A DNA stretch of 57,962 bases, filler included, from Sphacelaria rigidula (taxonomy: Eukaryota): the NCBI GenBank assembly GCA_964200075.2. It is 5 parts of 5 records of this genome, joined end to end, with 100 filler letters (N's around TTAATTAATTAA, not from the genome) between each part and the next. Parts side by side here need not be neighbours in the genome. Positions count along the whole stretch, not along the records: positions 1 to 11,514 come from CAXNAA020004840.1; positions 11,615 to 23,127 come from CAXNAA020004841.1; 3 more parts are not named here. One strand, given 5' to 3'. The notes beneath the pieces are model-generated. The model ran no database searches. It was not told the origin of the DNA and saw only the letters and a program-made list of their open reading frames with translations. Of this stretch, positions 1 to 12,570 are shown piece by piece (position 1 is the stretch's first letter; each line of letters starts with the position of its first letter). A program made the position numbers and the translations under genes.

Positions 1-106
1 GTACTGTTTCTAACCTCTCCGCCAACTTCGCGTTCCCCTCCCATACTTCTCCTGCATATTCTAGCTGTGGTACAATGTTTCGGGGGGGGGGGGGGGGGGA
101 TCTTGG

Positions 107-630
107 CATTTGCATGCCGTAGTCATAAGCCCATTGACCTCGCATAAGTACAAAGCCGGGACGGTGTGCGCCGGGGGTTCGCCAGACCAGGCTCTCCATC
201 ACCAAGCGCGCGGGACTCGTGAATGACATGCCGTAGTCGAAAGACCTTTGACCTCGCATCCCTAAAAAGCGGGGACGGAGCACGCCGAGTTTCGCCGGAC
301 CAGGCTCGCAATCGATCACTATTAGCGCGAAGCGCCGTCATGTGTTCGGCGAGTCGCATGGAGGGTGATTTGCATCCTGCTAAGATTGTTCGGCCCGAAG
401 CGTACTAACTTTCCTGTACATGGATAACTGTCTCGAACGCTTTGCTTCATTTTCTGGAATCGCCACTTCCGGAGACAGCTACGAGTTTTTCTGCCTCATG
501 GGTGTCTGTCTCACTATTGAAACACCAGGCGGTAGGATCACCACCTTTGCGCGGAGTTGAGTTTCTCCACCCCGTACAATATGATCAAACTCGACCACCA
601 TCATGGTTACCGCAAAAAAAAACGCAAGTG
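107..630 (+). mobile_element. Unclassified dispersed repeat family A, copy 1 (3' end lost near the gap at 733)
   Basis: Colinear with 7425-7830 (+) and 1995-2612 (-). Carries the motif CAAAGCCGGGACGG..CGCCG.G.TTCGCC.GACCAGGCT twice (about 151-194 and 266-306). No ORF. Confidence 0.75.
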
Positions 631-1269
631 AATAAAATCAGTAATCTGGTTCCGTGGGACGAGGGGCGGGGGAGGGGGGGGAAAGGGGGCATTTATTTGT
701 TGCTTGCCTTGGTCACTTGATCGTGGACCACGNNNNNNNNCAAAAAAAAAAAAAAACCCACCCCCCAAAATTGTTAAAAAAAAAAAAAACAAAAAAAAAA
801 AAAAATGGAATTGGGGTGGGGGGGGGGGGGGGGGGGGGGAGGGGGGGGAAAGGGGGCATTTATTTGTTGCTTGCCTTGGTCACTTGATCGTGGACCACGC
901 ATCACTTTCGAGACGGAGTACTGTTCCTACTCCTAACAGAGACACCCTCAGCATACGGCGCTCGTGAAGTTTCTCCTACTACACAAGAACGCTTTACATA
1001 TATTTTTCTCCTCCTGTTCCGCCATCCGTAACCACCTTTCATCTCCTAGTATAGCCATCGTTCTCTCCCTACTGTCCAATGTACCAAAACGATTTCATGC
1101 CACCTTCGCCTTACTCCCCACATTTCGCTCTTCAAACACGTCTCGTCTCTCCTGGTATACTCGCATCCTGTCACCGTATGAGTTCTACTCCATTAGTTTG
1201 CAACACGGGCAATTCTGTGCATCTACTTCCCCCATCCGACTACCGGTATACCTCATCCTCCTCCCTATT

Positions 1270-1505
1270 ACAGGGCCGGAGCTCATACGAGTAGGGCGGC
1301 GCGTGCATCGCGCCAAGTTAACAGGTGGTTCTGGCAGGTCGGACCTCCATAATGGCGTGAGCAAAGCTTGCGAACGCTCGAGGCGCCTACCCCACATGAC
1401 TACCGTGCGGCAGTCTAGTCGAGCCTTTGGGTAATCAGCACACGAGCCCGCTTGCGGGGTAGTGTTGGGTCAGGTTTTCCTCCTATTTGAGGGAAGAACA
1501 AAAAG
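1270..1505 (+). mobile_element. Unclassified dispersed repeat family C, retroposon-like with A-rich 3' end
   Basis: Homologous to 13590-13660 plus 14085-14232, e.g. CTAGTCGAGCCTTTGGGTAATC vs CTAGCCGAGCCTCTGGGTAATC. Both copies end in an A-rich tract. Confidence 0.55.
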
Positions 1506-1994
1506 CCACTCCTTTTTTCTGGCAGGTCCAGGTCCCCCCAAGCCCACTCGGGCATGTCTTGCATGTGTTTCAGGAGCTGATAATGACTGATGACATCGTT
1601 GTCCAAAAGGAAGCCCCGAGCCGGTCTTACCGTTATCCGAGCTGTCCAGCGGGAGGGGCAACACATTGTTGAGATTCACGGTGCGCGGGCCTTGTTGCTC
1701 TGCTGTCGAGTGTATCCACACCGCCGTGGTAGCCCTTTAGCTCAGCGGACGGTCTGTCTTCTGTGCGTGTTTTTTCTCGCGCGCTTCAGAACTTGAAAAT
1801 TATGCCCGCACACATTTCTGAAGACGATGAAAACAGCTTTTTCCCATTTTGATAACGTCTGCATCATACAAGAACGGGTGCTGAAAAAATGATTTTGCTG
1901 AAAAACATGTTTTTAGTGGAAAACCGCTTTTTCATATACGAATGTTTTTTCGTTTACGCGTAAGAAGTCGCTTCACCTTGCGTTTGTGCTCCTT

Positions 1995-2612
1995 TTGCCC
2001 CCCCCTCCCCCCCCCGCCCCCCCTTCCATTTTAGCCTTTAGCCTGGTCCGGCGAACAACCGGCGTGCTCCGTCCCGGCTTTGTACGGACCGACCCGCTAT
2101 GGGGTTGGCGTCGGTCGGGGATGACGCTATATAACCCGCCACTCACTGCGTCGGCTAGGCAATCAGGTTGCCGATTTTTTCTCCGCGTTTGCGTTTTTTT
2201 TTGCGGTAACCATGATGGTGGTCGAGTTTGATCATTTAGTGAGGCGTGGGAGAACCTCAATTGCACACAATGGGGATGATCCTACTACGTAGTGCTTGAA
2301 TGGTGCGACACCCATAAGACAGTGTGTGAGCCGTAGCTGTCTCTGGAAGTGACGATACCAGAAAATGAAGCAACTTAAATATAGGGTGTCGCCACAAATG
2401 CAAGATAATCAGCATGATTCGGGCCGAACAATCTCAGCAGGATGCAGCTTACCCCTCATGCGACCCGCCGAACACACGACGGCGCTTCGCACTAGGTGAT
2501 CGGTTGCGAGCCTGGTCCGGCGAAAACCCGGCGTGCTCCGTCCCGGCTTCGTAGGGATGTGAGGTCAATAATCATACGACTATGGCATGCATGACCATGA
2601 GTACACCCCCCC
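1995..2612 (-). mobile_element. Dispersed repeat family A, copy 2 (longest copy)
   Basis: Reverse complement of copies 1 and 3. Motif at about 2040-2084 and 2509-2552. Bounded by C-runs on + (G-runs on -). Confidence 0.75.
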
Positions 2613-3426
2613 GTGCCCCCCCTACCCCCTCCTCCATGATCTAATGCCTCTTGAAAAACATGTCTCCTCTCACGAGGACTTCGTTTTATTGTAAAGGGTT
2701 GGCCTCATTATCCGATTTCCGACAGCAGTCGCAGGGGTTTGGAGCGAGGCGCCGTTTTCAACAGATTGTGCGTCTTTTGTGCATAGTTGTGTTCCCCCCT
2801 AATCCACTATACAATGCTCATGGGAAAAAAGTGTCTAGTGGAAAATGATTATCTCACGAGGGCTTGGCAACATGTGTCGGCCTCTTCATCTCCATTTCTC
2901 GATTACGCTTCGGAGTTTTTGTCGACATTATCGATCTCTTCTAGAAAAAAGGCGTGAGGGACCGGAGCGCGCCGACGGTCCCGAGTGGCTTGTATTCACC
3001 AAGTGCAGTATACTAAAACTGTATCGGCGCACGAGAGCGCAGCATTTTGGCAACGCCTCGTTACCGCCCCGCGCTCCGATTTCTTCCGGACGTCTACTCG
3101 AACGAGAGGAGTCAAATGATGCTCGGCAAAAAATTATGCATATACCGACGATCCGTGTGTGCACAGGTGTCGGGACGTCTGCATTTTTTAATTGCTACTA
3201 CAGTACTGTAGCAAACGGATGTCTTTCATCTTGCTACAACACCCAACCATTGACCATTAGTTGCAAAACGCTCCGACACGGCTTTTTATGACGGGAAATC
3301 GATTCAGTACTACAGGAGTACAATTGCGTTATACGTATCATGCAGCACAAGTTTCAATTCTGCGCTGTTCAGTCATTTCCCGGCTCCGTTCGGTTGAGAA
3401 CAATGGTTGTGATCTCGTCATGTTAC

Positions 3427-3523
3427 CTCTTTGACCGCGGGGTAGATCACACGGGTCACGTGCTGAATGTTCAGGCGAAATTGATGCCGGTGCCACAGAT
3501 AACCCACGGTGGTGGTGAAAAGG
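3427..3523. mobile_element. About 100-bp piggyBac-like MITE, diverged copy
   Basis: Starts CTCTTTGACCGCG, internal GAAATTGATGCCG shared with the 4130-4334 and 13798-13895 copies, ends AAAGG|TTAA. Confidence 0.5.
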
Positions 3524-3574
3524 TTAACCCTTCAAGCACCGGGCCCCATCGGTTCGGAACAATATTTCGGCCGA

Positions 3575-4710
3575 CAGTCCCATGGGATATGTCCACACGA
3601 AGGACAGCTCATGAGCTAGCTCATCTACGGGTGGTAGCTCACTTGTAATCAAACATGTACATGTGAGCTACGTCCGATAGCTCAACACAAGGCGAACGTG
3701 CGCTGATGAGCTACGGGTTGGTAGCTCACCCAGGTAAACATGTGTAGCTCATGTAGCTCTCACAGCTCACCTAGGGAAAACATATGCAGATGAGCTACGC
3801 TCGATAGCTCACCCGAGGCAAACATGTGTAGCTCACGCAGCTGTTGTAGCTCACCCGGGGGGAAAACATGAGCCGATGAGCTACGCGCGGTAGCTCACCC
3901 CAGGGACACATGGTCGTGGCTCACTCACGTCATCTGCCTAGCTCGTCGCTGGCAAACCCTGTGTCACTTATGAAGCAAGATTCTTGTTCGAACGGATGGT
4001 GCCACATATCATTAGGTTGTGATGTTTGACCTCACTCTTCGCGATAGAAAGAAAAGAAGCCAACACATCCTCGTTAGTATTAGTATTCAGTGTCAACAAT
4101 AATCGACTGATTCATTTCTTTTGATCGGTTGGCCGCGAGGGTTCGAGTCCATCTGGTTATGCATACGTTTTTCAAGTGAAATTGGGGCCGATTCAACAGA
4201 TGACTTATGCTCGCTGTCAAGGGGTTAGCCCTTTGACCGCGAGGGTTGGCGATTTGATAAATCAGCATAACTCATTTGATTTTTCGGGTGTGAATGACGC
4301 CGATTCAGAGACCTCCTACCCTCGCGGTCAAAGGCATAGGCAATCATAGCTCTCATAGCTCTCATAGCTCATCCAGGGCAAACATGTGTAGCTCATGCAC
4401 CTCTAATAGCTCACCCAGGCCTAATATGAGCTGATAAGCTACGGGTTGGTAGCTCACCTATCGCAAACGTGCGTAGCTCATACAGCTCCCATAGCTCATC
4501 CAGGACGAATATGAGCTGATGAGCTACGGGTTGGTAGCTCACGTACGGTAAACATGCGTAGCTCATACAGCTCTCATAGCTCACCCCAGGAGAAACATAT
4601 GTAGCCCATGTAGCTCTCATAGCTCACTAGGGAGCTACGCTCAAGAAGAGCTAGCTCGAGCTATAGGGAGCTGATCCGTCCGACGTGTGGATATGTCCAA
4701 CCATGGACTG
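3575..4710. mobile_element. Non-autonomous TIR element (Tc1/mariner-like CAGT end) filled with a TAGCTC/GAGCTA minisatellite
   Basis: Left CAGTCCCATGGGATATGTCCACACG and right CGTGTGGATATGTCCAACCATGGACTG|TA are imperfect inverted repeats. Tandem 'gagctacgggttggtagctcac' units at about 3605-3950 and 4345-4675, interrupted by a 3950-4345 insert containing MITEs. Confidence 0.6.
4130..4334. mobile_element. Two tandem about 100-bp piggyBac-like MITEs
   Basis: Second copy has a perfect 17-bp TIR CCTTTGACCGCGAGGGT (4230-4246 / 4318-4334). The interior of the first copy is the reverse complement of the 13798-13895 interior. The two share a TTAG junction at 4225-4228. Confidence 0.7.
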
Positions 4711-7424
4711 TACCATTTGCAAAAAAGAAAATGAACAAGGTGCATTGCAGACAATACAGCAACGCGCACTGAAGACGATACAGTAGGGTCTTCACTGTCT
4801 GCATGAAGAAGGATGTACTCGTAGAACAGATTCGAACAACGTGCGGTACAGCAGACAGGACAGGAGTTCTGGATAGTCTGCTTGCAAAAAGATACCGGCG
4901 AGATTTGAGCAGCATGCAGTACAAACGGTGCAGATTGTTCTGTCCGCATACGGTAGGACAGGAAAAAACGATTTGGGGCAAGACGCGCAGCACAGGCAGC
5001 ACTGTCCGTGCTGCCTGTAGCTTTTTTTGGGACATTTTTTGCCAACCTCACCTAACCATGTGATACGTGTCTTCGTGTTTCTCGTTGTCTGTTTGTCACG
5101 TCATGCGGTGCGACGATTTCGTTTTTTCTCCACACGGAATGCGGGTCTTCGTGTTTGCTATTTATTTTTGTTTTATACGACGATTACACTTCGTTTGCTC
5201 ATCATAACGCGTTTTTTCTTCTCCCCCTTTTTTTAGGGGGGGGGGCTTGACAAGAGCTTCCTGCTCTTTGTTGAAGCACCATCCGTATTCGAAGGTTTGT
5301 TTTTCACGTGGCAACTCTGGGGTTTCATTTCCTGTTTTACTGTGCATTGTGTCTTGACGTGAAGTTTTTTCAGCTTTTTCAAGGTACAGCTCATGTCGTT
5401 TATCTTCGTCTGCAAGAAAAAAAAATACGGCAATGTTTTTGTAGGCGATTTTTTTCGAATAATTATTTTGTACAGTATGTGTTCTTCTGTGGCGCTTCCT
5501 GTTTTTCTCCCACAACAGTGACTCTGTGCACACGTTCTATATCTACATCTACACGTTTGCATTTTCCTCACATATCTTTTATTATACAAGCAGCACGGGA
5601 CCCAGGGCTGCGCCCCGATCCCGCCCGTCTTTTCCGAGGGTCTCGCTATTCTTGCCCTGCCAAGCCCTCGTGAGAATAGATCCTCTCTCGAAATATTCAT
5701 GCCCGCCGGAAACATTGTAGGACCACCGCAATTGCGCGTCCGTTCGAACGGTCGCGAACGCATGTGTACCCCCGCACAAAGTAACGCACGAATCCGCTAA
5801 CCGGGCCCCTAACATTGGCATTGGCTTGAACAGTCATCTCCCGGGGCGGGTGCGGAGAAACTTGCACACTATAAACAGCAATAAATCTCGTGGACGCTTC
5901 GTCACAAAGTATGCTTTACGCTCGTGGGTTCGAAATATTTTATGTATCTACTATTACTATAAATATATCTATATCTAAGCATATCACGTCGTCTAATCTC
6001 GTGTCTTCTCTTGCCAGGTCATGTGCCATCTCACCTTTGTCAGAAGTTCGCCCTCCCCGCAGCAATATTTCTGCCGAACGCGGATTCGGAGTAGGCGTTG
6101 CGACCCCTCCCCGCACCTGACCGACACCGTCCACAAAAAACAAACCACCGCGAAGCGAAAGAAACAACAGTTGTCGCGGAGAGAGATAGGGGGGGGGGGG
6201 GGAAGAAAGATAAAACCATCAAGGATGTGTAAAATACGACGCACACGGCCCTCTTTGCGAGATGAAAGCAGTCAGCGCTTCAATTGATTTGCGTGAGTTT
6301 TCCTTGTGAATTTTATCATACAAAAGAAACGGAGGAAGTTTTTTCTTGCCATTAGATTCCCGTCCCGTCCCAAGGGGAAATATGTGCAAGGGCGGAACGA
6401 ATGATGGGCGATCATACGACTCCAAATTTTCAGGGCTGTCCTCGGCACCGGTTGTTGGGAAATGGTTGCAACGGGACGAAACCTAGTTATTGCGGTATTA
6501 CTGCTGTACACATCGTGCGGCACTGAAAGAGTGCTGCGGAACGGTACCGATCGTCCTCGTGACTCCTTGGTTTCATTCGGAATATGGAATACGGTTCCCC
6601 GGAAAATGCGGTGCGATGCGGCGCGATTCGGCACGGGGCCGAACGATTTCGGGTACCTACCGAGATAAAAATGAAAACCTTGCGGCGATCATAGTAATCG
6701 GAAACCTCGCAATACTCTACCGCGGCAATCGCCGTTCTCTGCATGCCATACCGACGACTGTGTTCTAGTGCATGCATGGCATGTACGAATTGTAAGTCAG
6801 TCTATCAATCAACTGATGTCACCCCGTTGGGTACAGTCAGTTATCGCGCTGGTACAGAAAAAAACACAGGGCAGCACTTCCACGATCGCCCATGCCGCGT
6901 TCTTGAGACTTTCGAGTTCAACACATTTGAAAAATTGTTTGATAGCGCGAAATTTGATACATGACCAATGAAAGCATATGCAAAAAAACATGGGTGAGGT
7001 TGGATTTGAGCGCGCGAGGGGGGGGAGTGCATGGTGGCACCGCGAACGAGGGAGAAACCGTACCCGGGGGTGCTTTCGACCGTGATGTTGGGGGTGGTGT
7101 CCACTGTTTTAGCCTATAGCACGGGAGTGGAAGTGCTCTTGGGTGATATGATGAGTCTTTTTGTATATATTTGAAAAATGGACAAGTGAAAAAAAACGAA
7201 AACGAAGGGGAGTTCATCGCCCGGAGATTTTTTTTTACGCTTTCCTTCCCTGCAAAACATGATCGTACGGGTCGCATCTACAGTTTTGATCTCACACAAA
7301 AATGGTGATGAACTTAGCACACAATCGCATGTTTAGAGCTTGTGAACAATGGCACGCTCAAGATGAATCCCCGTTCCTCTCCACCCCTGAATGAAACAGT
7401 TTGGTCTCCTCCCCGAACACGATC

Positions 7425-7830
7425 GGGGTGTACTCATGATCATGCACGTCATAGTCATATGACCGTTGACCTCGCACTCCCACAAAGCCGCGACGGAGCA
7501 CGCTGGGTTTTCGCCGGACACGGCTCGCTCTTAACCACCAAGCGCGAAGCACCGTCACGTGTTCGGCGAATCGCATGAAGGGTGAGCTGCATCCTGCCAA
7601 GATTATTCGGCCCGAAGCGTACTAATTATCTTGCATTTGGATGATAGCCAGCAAAAAAAAACGGCAACCCGGCCGGCGAGCGCACCCCGCCAAAGGCGGG
7701 GGATAGAGCGCCATCGCCAACCGACGCCAAACCCATCGTGGGTCCGCCCCCCACAAAGCCGGGACGGAGCACACCAAGTTGTCGCCGGACCAGGCTGAAC
7801 ACGGTGGGACCGGGGGGAAGGGGGGGGGGG
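7425..7830 (+). mobile_element. Dispersed repeat family A, copy 3 (internally deleted)
   Basis: Begins GGGGTGTACTCATGATCATGCA, motif at about 7481-7526 and 7752-7797, ends in a G-run. Lacks about 200 bp present in copy 2. Confidence 0.75.
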
Positions 7831-8918
7831 TTACCAAGTTCTTGCCCTCTTACGAAGCCTTTCACATATACGAATGGCGACGTCACTGGAAACGCGGGAA
7901 TCATTGTCAGCACCTCGTGCCACCGCTTCTCCTCTCGGGGGATGAAGTGAACTCATCCCTTCCCGAACAATAAATTCGGGAATGTGATCGGTACCAAAAG
8001 AAAGCCTACGACCTACCCTGACCAGTGAAATACCCCGTTTTCCAAAACGGGACTAAAGACACCCCGGGGATGGGATCATTTCATCCCCTCCTTAAGTACG
8101 TTCCGGGGCTGTTGTCTACTGTCAAGGTCTGCCATCACACGATTGGTGATGCCCCTGTACACGCGAGAGGTATCACCAAAACGTATGCATCCTACTTACT
8201 GATCTGAGACCCCCCCCGCCCCACCCCTGGACGATGAGATAAGGGTATCCCCTACTCAAACACCCTTCCCGGTGGGGTGTTATATGGCGTATTAGCCACT
8301 CACGGGCGAACACTATGCCTGAAAGAGCATGTAGAGGTATCGTCAAACCATCGGCACCCCCACCATGTATCCCTAGGACAGTCATGGGCACCACAGTTCG
8401 ATTGCGAGAGGTCGAAGGAGAGGATCCACCTCCGCGGGCGGCTATTTTCGCATAACCGGAAGAATCATGGGCCCAACGTCCCCATGAGACTTCAATATTT
8501 GAGGGAGTCTTTTACATCGTCGTACGTGCTACGTATGAACTTTTCGACCCTTGAGGTCCTCAACACGCTGAAACACCAGAAAAAAATAGAGGCAACATTA
8601 ACCTGCAAAAGGTCTCAATTTACATGACATGGTCAGGACCCGTCGGTTCAAGTGGTGAATAAATTTCATTTGGTGTGCGAGGCCGGGTTTGACCCGATTT
8701 TGCCCTCCCGCTTTGTCGACCCCAGCTAAATCGATAGCGCAGATTCGATTTCCGTGTTGCATTTTCTCATGAGCTCCTCAAAGTACCCCGTATCGGCAAT
8801 ACTGGTCGTGACATGGTCATTTTTCAACGCGAAGAGTGTTACCATCGCAAAAGGAACTTTGGATTCGACGTCTCACCGAATCTCTATTCGAACTGCATTC
8901 TTTTTCCCCATACTGCCA

Positions 8919-9275
8919 GTCGCCCGGGTGGCTCACAAGGTAACCTCGAAACCTTCTGATGGTTGGAACGTAGGTTCAAATCTCGGTGAAGTCACACAAT
9001 CTCGGATTCACCTCACATCATGCTCAACGGTGGAGAGCGACTACGTCGTGGGTACACAAAATCCGACTTCACGGTCGACGAGGGAAAGGGGTTCCTGAAT
9101 TCCTCTCGCGATAAAAGGAAGGCAAGCACCGCAGAAGGAAGGTGGAGTGCTGAAACTATAATATAACAAAACTAGGAAAATCCTGGGTTGACCGTCCTGC
9201 TCTGCGACCCAGGCTGATGCACTCACATATACCGAAAGGTGTTTACTGACCTCCAGAATGGGTGGGATGTCAACA
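8919..9275 (+). mobile_element. tRNA-derived SINE (family D), full-length copy
   Basis: Pol III A-box-like TGGCTCACAAGG (8929-8940) and B-box-like GGTTCAAATCT (8973-8983). Body (CGACGAGGGAAAGG...CTCTCGCGATAAAA...GGCAAGCACCGCAGAAGGAAGGTGGAG) is shared with 11325-11470, 14500-14712 and 24100-24495(-). Confidence 0.75.
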
Positions 9276-9934
9276 TACCCAGATCAAGTGAGAACTGAGC
9301 CCGCGAACCTTTGGCCTGAACGATTGTGGAACTGCCCCACGGAATCAACACAGCAGCGAAAAACAGGCAAGATACGGCCCACGACTCTACTGTGCCACAA
9401 CTGCCACTGTCGAGTACTAGTTTCACCACTGCGTGTGCCCTTCACGTATTTGTGTTCAACCTGAAATGAAGTAGGATGCCCTATATAGCGAGGCCCTCAA
9501 CAACAAAATAGCCGATATAGCAACGACGAAACTCTTGGCGCGGCGTGTTCCCGATACAGCAGCGATTAATCGCAATATCCGACACCACCCGCGAAAGCAA
9601 CGATTACCTTGTTTTCCAGTGCAAGATAGCCATCATTCCAACAAACTTGCGGAGCCCCGTACGCTAAATTCGCGCTCACCATCATGCCGACATGTGCGGA
9701 TGGAGGACTGTGCGAAGCACGACGAAGCTGAGAGGAAGCAGCGGGCATGAGTACCGCAGTAGGTGTGGTAGTCGCGTGCACGGCACATGCGGGGAGGTCA
9801 AAGACCTCAAAGGCAACGAGAGGAACCGCATCTACCTCCCGTACGTCGGCACCAGATAGAAGAGTAAAGGTAGCTGGTCGAATCTGTCCGAGCAGAAAGC
9901 CTCGCAGCGGGTTGGAGGAGTTCTGCAACAACCC

Positions 9935-9994
9935 ATGAAGAAAGTCGCTGCGAATGGACCCCGCAAGCCGCTCACTCTTGGCGAGAATTTGGAG
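9935..9994 (+). CDS. Putative upstream exon of the DUF2993-like gene (MKKVAANGPRKPLTLGENLE)
   Basis: Ends GAG|GTGAAG in phase 0, compatible with the exon at 15749. The true start is uncertain and an assembly gap lies in between. Confidence 0.4.
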
Positions 9995-11324
9995 GTGAAG
10001 GATGGGGGGGGGGGTGATGGAGTCGCCCCCGTGCGCGGAATTGTCGATGTTTTTTGGTCCGCTAGAAAAGTACGCAGAGTCGTGTGGGCTGGACTCCTTG
10101 CCGCGTACGCTGCCAAACCAGCGAAGCAGTCAAACATCAGACCATTTGCTGACAACCGAGTTGTCAAAGAAATTAATGCGCGTGGGCGAGTTTGTTTTCT
10201 GGCTCATTTTTTTATTTCTAGTTTTTTTTGGGGCCTCGTTTTCGCAATTAAAAAGGACACTTGTTTTCTCACTCATATTTCAACTCTGCTACTGAGTAGA
10301 CATCGGAACGGATGATGACGTGTGTGCACATTCCATCAAGAGCCAAAGCAACACAAACGACGGCGACATGAAGGTTGGTTGTTGTACGATTTGTGCCCCA
10401 GCAGCGTGGTCGTGAAATGGGTCTGCTGTGATGAAGGACCGAAGAACCAAGCATGTATGCGTTCATGAACACGTTTTTGTCGCAAATGCTTGCACAGATA
10501 ACAGAGCGCCATCCAGTGGTATTCTACTCGTGTCCGGAAGCAATACAGGGGGCATCACAACACCATTTTGCCGATATTGTGTGTGGATATCTTTATGTTT
10601 CTCTGAAAATGTGGCGCTCTCGTCCGAAATAGCAAAGGTATCGTCGCTATTCAACTATCAATAGCGACGATTTTGTTGCTGTTCCGGAATAGCGGGGGCG
10701 CCGGATTCAGCGACGATGATCTCTCTCTGCCCACACCGTCGCTATATAGGGCATCCCACTCTGACGAAACAACATGAGAAGTCTACCCAAGAAGAAACCA
10801 CACGACTCGTGGGATACGAAACCGTAGCCCCGCTGGTGGTCGCAAGCCTCTCTCCAAAGGAGGAGATAATTCAAACTGGAGAAATCGATGATCAAATATA
10901 AAAAAATAAAAAAACGGGAGCGTTTGAAGTACGACAGCAGTGCAGGAAACAAAACGCGAAATCCCTAGCACAGAAAACATTGGGGAAACTATCATTCATG
11001 AAGGTCGCACATGCCAAATTGGAAAATAGAAGAAAAACAAAAACAACAAACGAAAAACAAAAAGTAAAACACGAAACACAAACAACAAACCGTGCGAACA
11101 AAGGATTGAGGCAAACCCGTCAGTATCAGTTACATATACTCACCACACACACCCTTTTTCTGCATAATATCTTCGACCGCAATAACTGCGTTTTTGCTTC
11201 ATACTCTCACCGCGGGACGGTATAGGTGTTCCGCGGTAGGTAATGCAAGGTGAAAGCGAAGTACGAGCTGTCGTGGTGCAGCGGTCCAAGGGTGCTGGGT
11301 TTTGCAAATTTGCGCGGTAACGCA

Positions 11325-11470
11325 AAAAAATCGACTCAACGGTCGACGAGGGGAAAGGACTGCTGAACCCCTCTCGCGATAAAAATAAAAGGCAAGCACC
11401 ACAGAAGGAAGGTGGAGTGCCAAAAAAAAAAAAAACTCCTGTGTTGACCTTCCTCTTGTGAACCCGCCCC
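11325..11470 (+). mobile_element. SINE family D, truncated copy
   Basis: Matches the body of 9060-9200. tRNA head absent. Confidence 0.7.
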
Positions 11471-11514
11471 GCGGGGCCACTTGTAACAAAACAAGGAAAA
11501 ACCCCCTCTTTATT

Positions 11515-11614
11515 NNNNNNNNNNNNNNNNNNNNNNNNNNNNNNNNNNNNNNNNNNNNTTAATTAATTAANNNNNNNNNNNNNNNNNNNNNNNNNNNNNN
11601 NNNNNNNNNNNNNN
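11515..11614. other. Assembly gap with artificial TTAATTAATTAA linker
   Basis: 44 N + TTAATTAATTAA (11559-11570) + 44 N. Same design at about 23128, 34740 and 46352. Confidence 0.95.
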
Positions 11615-12159
11615 CGTATACCACGGTATGGGATACCCCGGTAAATACAGGGGATACGCTCGGTACAGTACCTTACCTACGGTGCCTGCGCAACATTCCT
11701 CGATCCTCAATTTCTGGAGTTAAACGTCCACCGTGACGAGTCTTGGTGACCGAAAAACCTGAGCTAGTTGCCTTGATTCAAAAACAGTTTCCACCAGAGG
11801 TGCAAACTACTACTGTATATACAGAGGCATGTTGCACGGGTGCATGCCCAAGGTCCAACCTGCCGGACAAGCGACAAGAACAATTTCGTCGATGAGCCAC
11901 CGTCAATCATTCCATTAGCCACATAGTGTTTATTGGTAACTACAGACAGCAAATGTACGTGCAAATTCAAGTCGTTTCAAAATTGAACGAAGTCCCTTCG
12001 TCCTTTTGTAGCGCTGGAGCTAGCCATTCAAGGATCCAAGCCCGCCATGGTTCATGTCTATAAGTATACTGCGGCGATGCTATGTCTACTGGAGCCAGTC
12101 CGTATTCACGTTTCCGCCTGCTGCGGAAAGTTTTGACATTGTAAAAAAAGCAACGCCAA

Positions 12160-12570
12160 GTAAGGCACGCCTCAGGCTTGGCAAGGTAAGTCTTGGGCTT
12201 GCTGAGGCACGTCTTGGCTTTCCAAGATACGTCTTAGGCTTTCCAAGGCAACTTTTGGGCTTCCCAAGGCTCTCGCACCATTTAAGGCACATCTTAGGCT
12301 TGTTGAGAAAAATGTTGAGCTTGCTAAGGCAAAGCTTAGGCTTACTAAGGCAAAGCTTAGGCTTACTAAGGCAAAGCTTAGGCTAGCTAAGGCAAAACGT
12401 AGGCTTGCTAAGGCAAAGCTTAGGCTTACTAAGGCAAAGCTTAGGTAAGGTAACATTTAGCTTGAGGTCCTCACGCCATCTCAGGCACGTCTTAGCCTTG
12501 TGAAGGCAAATTTTTAGCTTGCGACGGCAAAGCTTAGGCCGCCTGAGTCCCAATTAGTGGGCTTAGGCAA
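12160..12570. repeat. 21-bp minisatellite (consensus about TTAGGCTTACTAAGGCAAAGC)
   Basis: Near-perfect units at about 12315-12445, degenerate towards both ends. Confidence 0.9.

Noticed and set aside
670-900. About 60-bp direct repeat (672-732 and 840-899) with poly-A and poly-G
   Set aside because: It straddles an N gap and low-quality homopolymers, so most likely an unmerged contig overlap.
3700-4545. CTGATGAG followed by a stem-loop as a hammerhead ribozyme
   Set aside because: The stem GCTAC/GTAGC is followed by TCAC, not the required GAAA core.
11559-11570. TTAATTAATTAA palindrome recurring four times
   Set aside because: Always centred in a 100-bp N spacer. It is an artificial linker with stops in all six frames.
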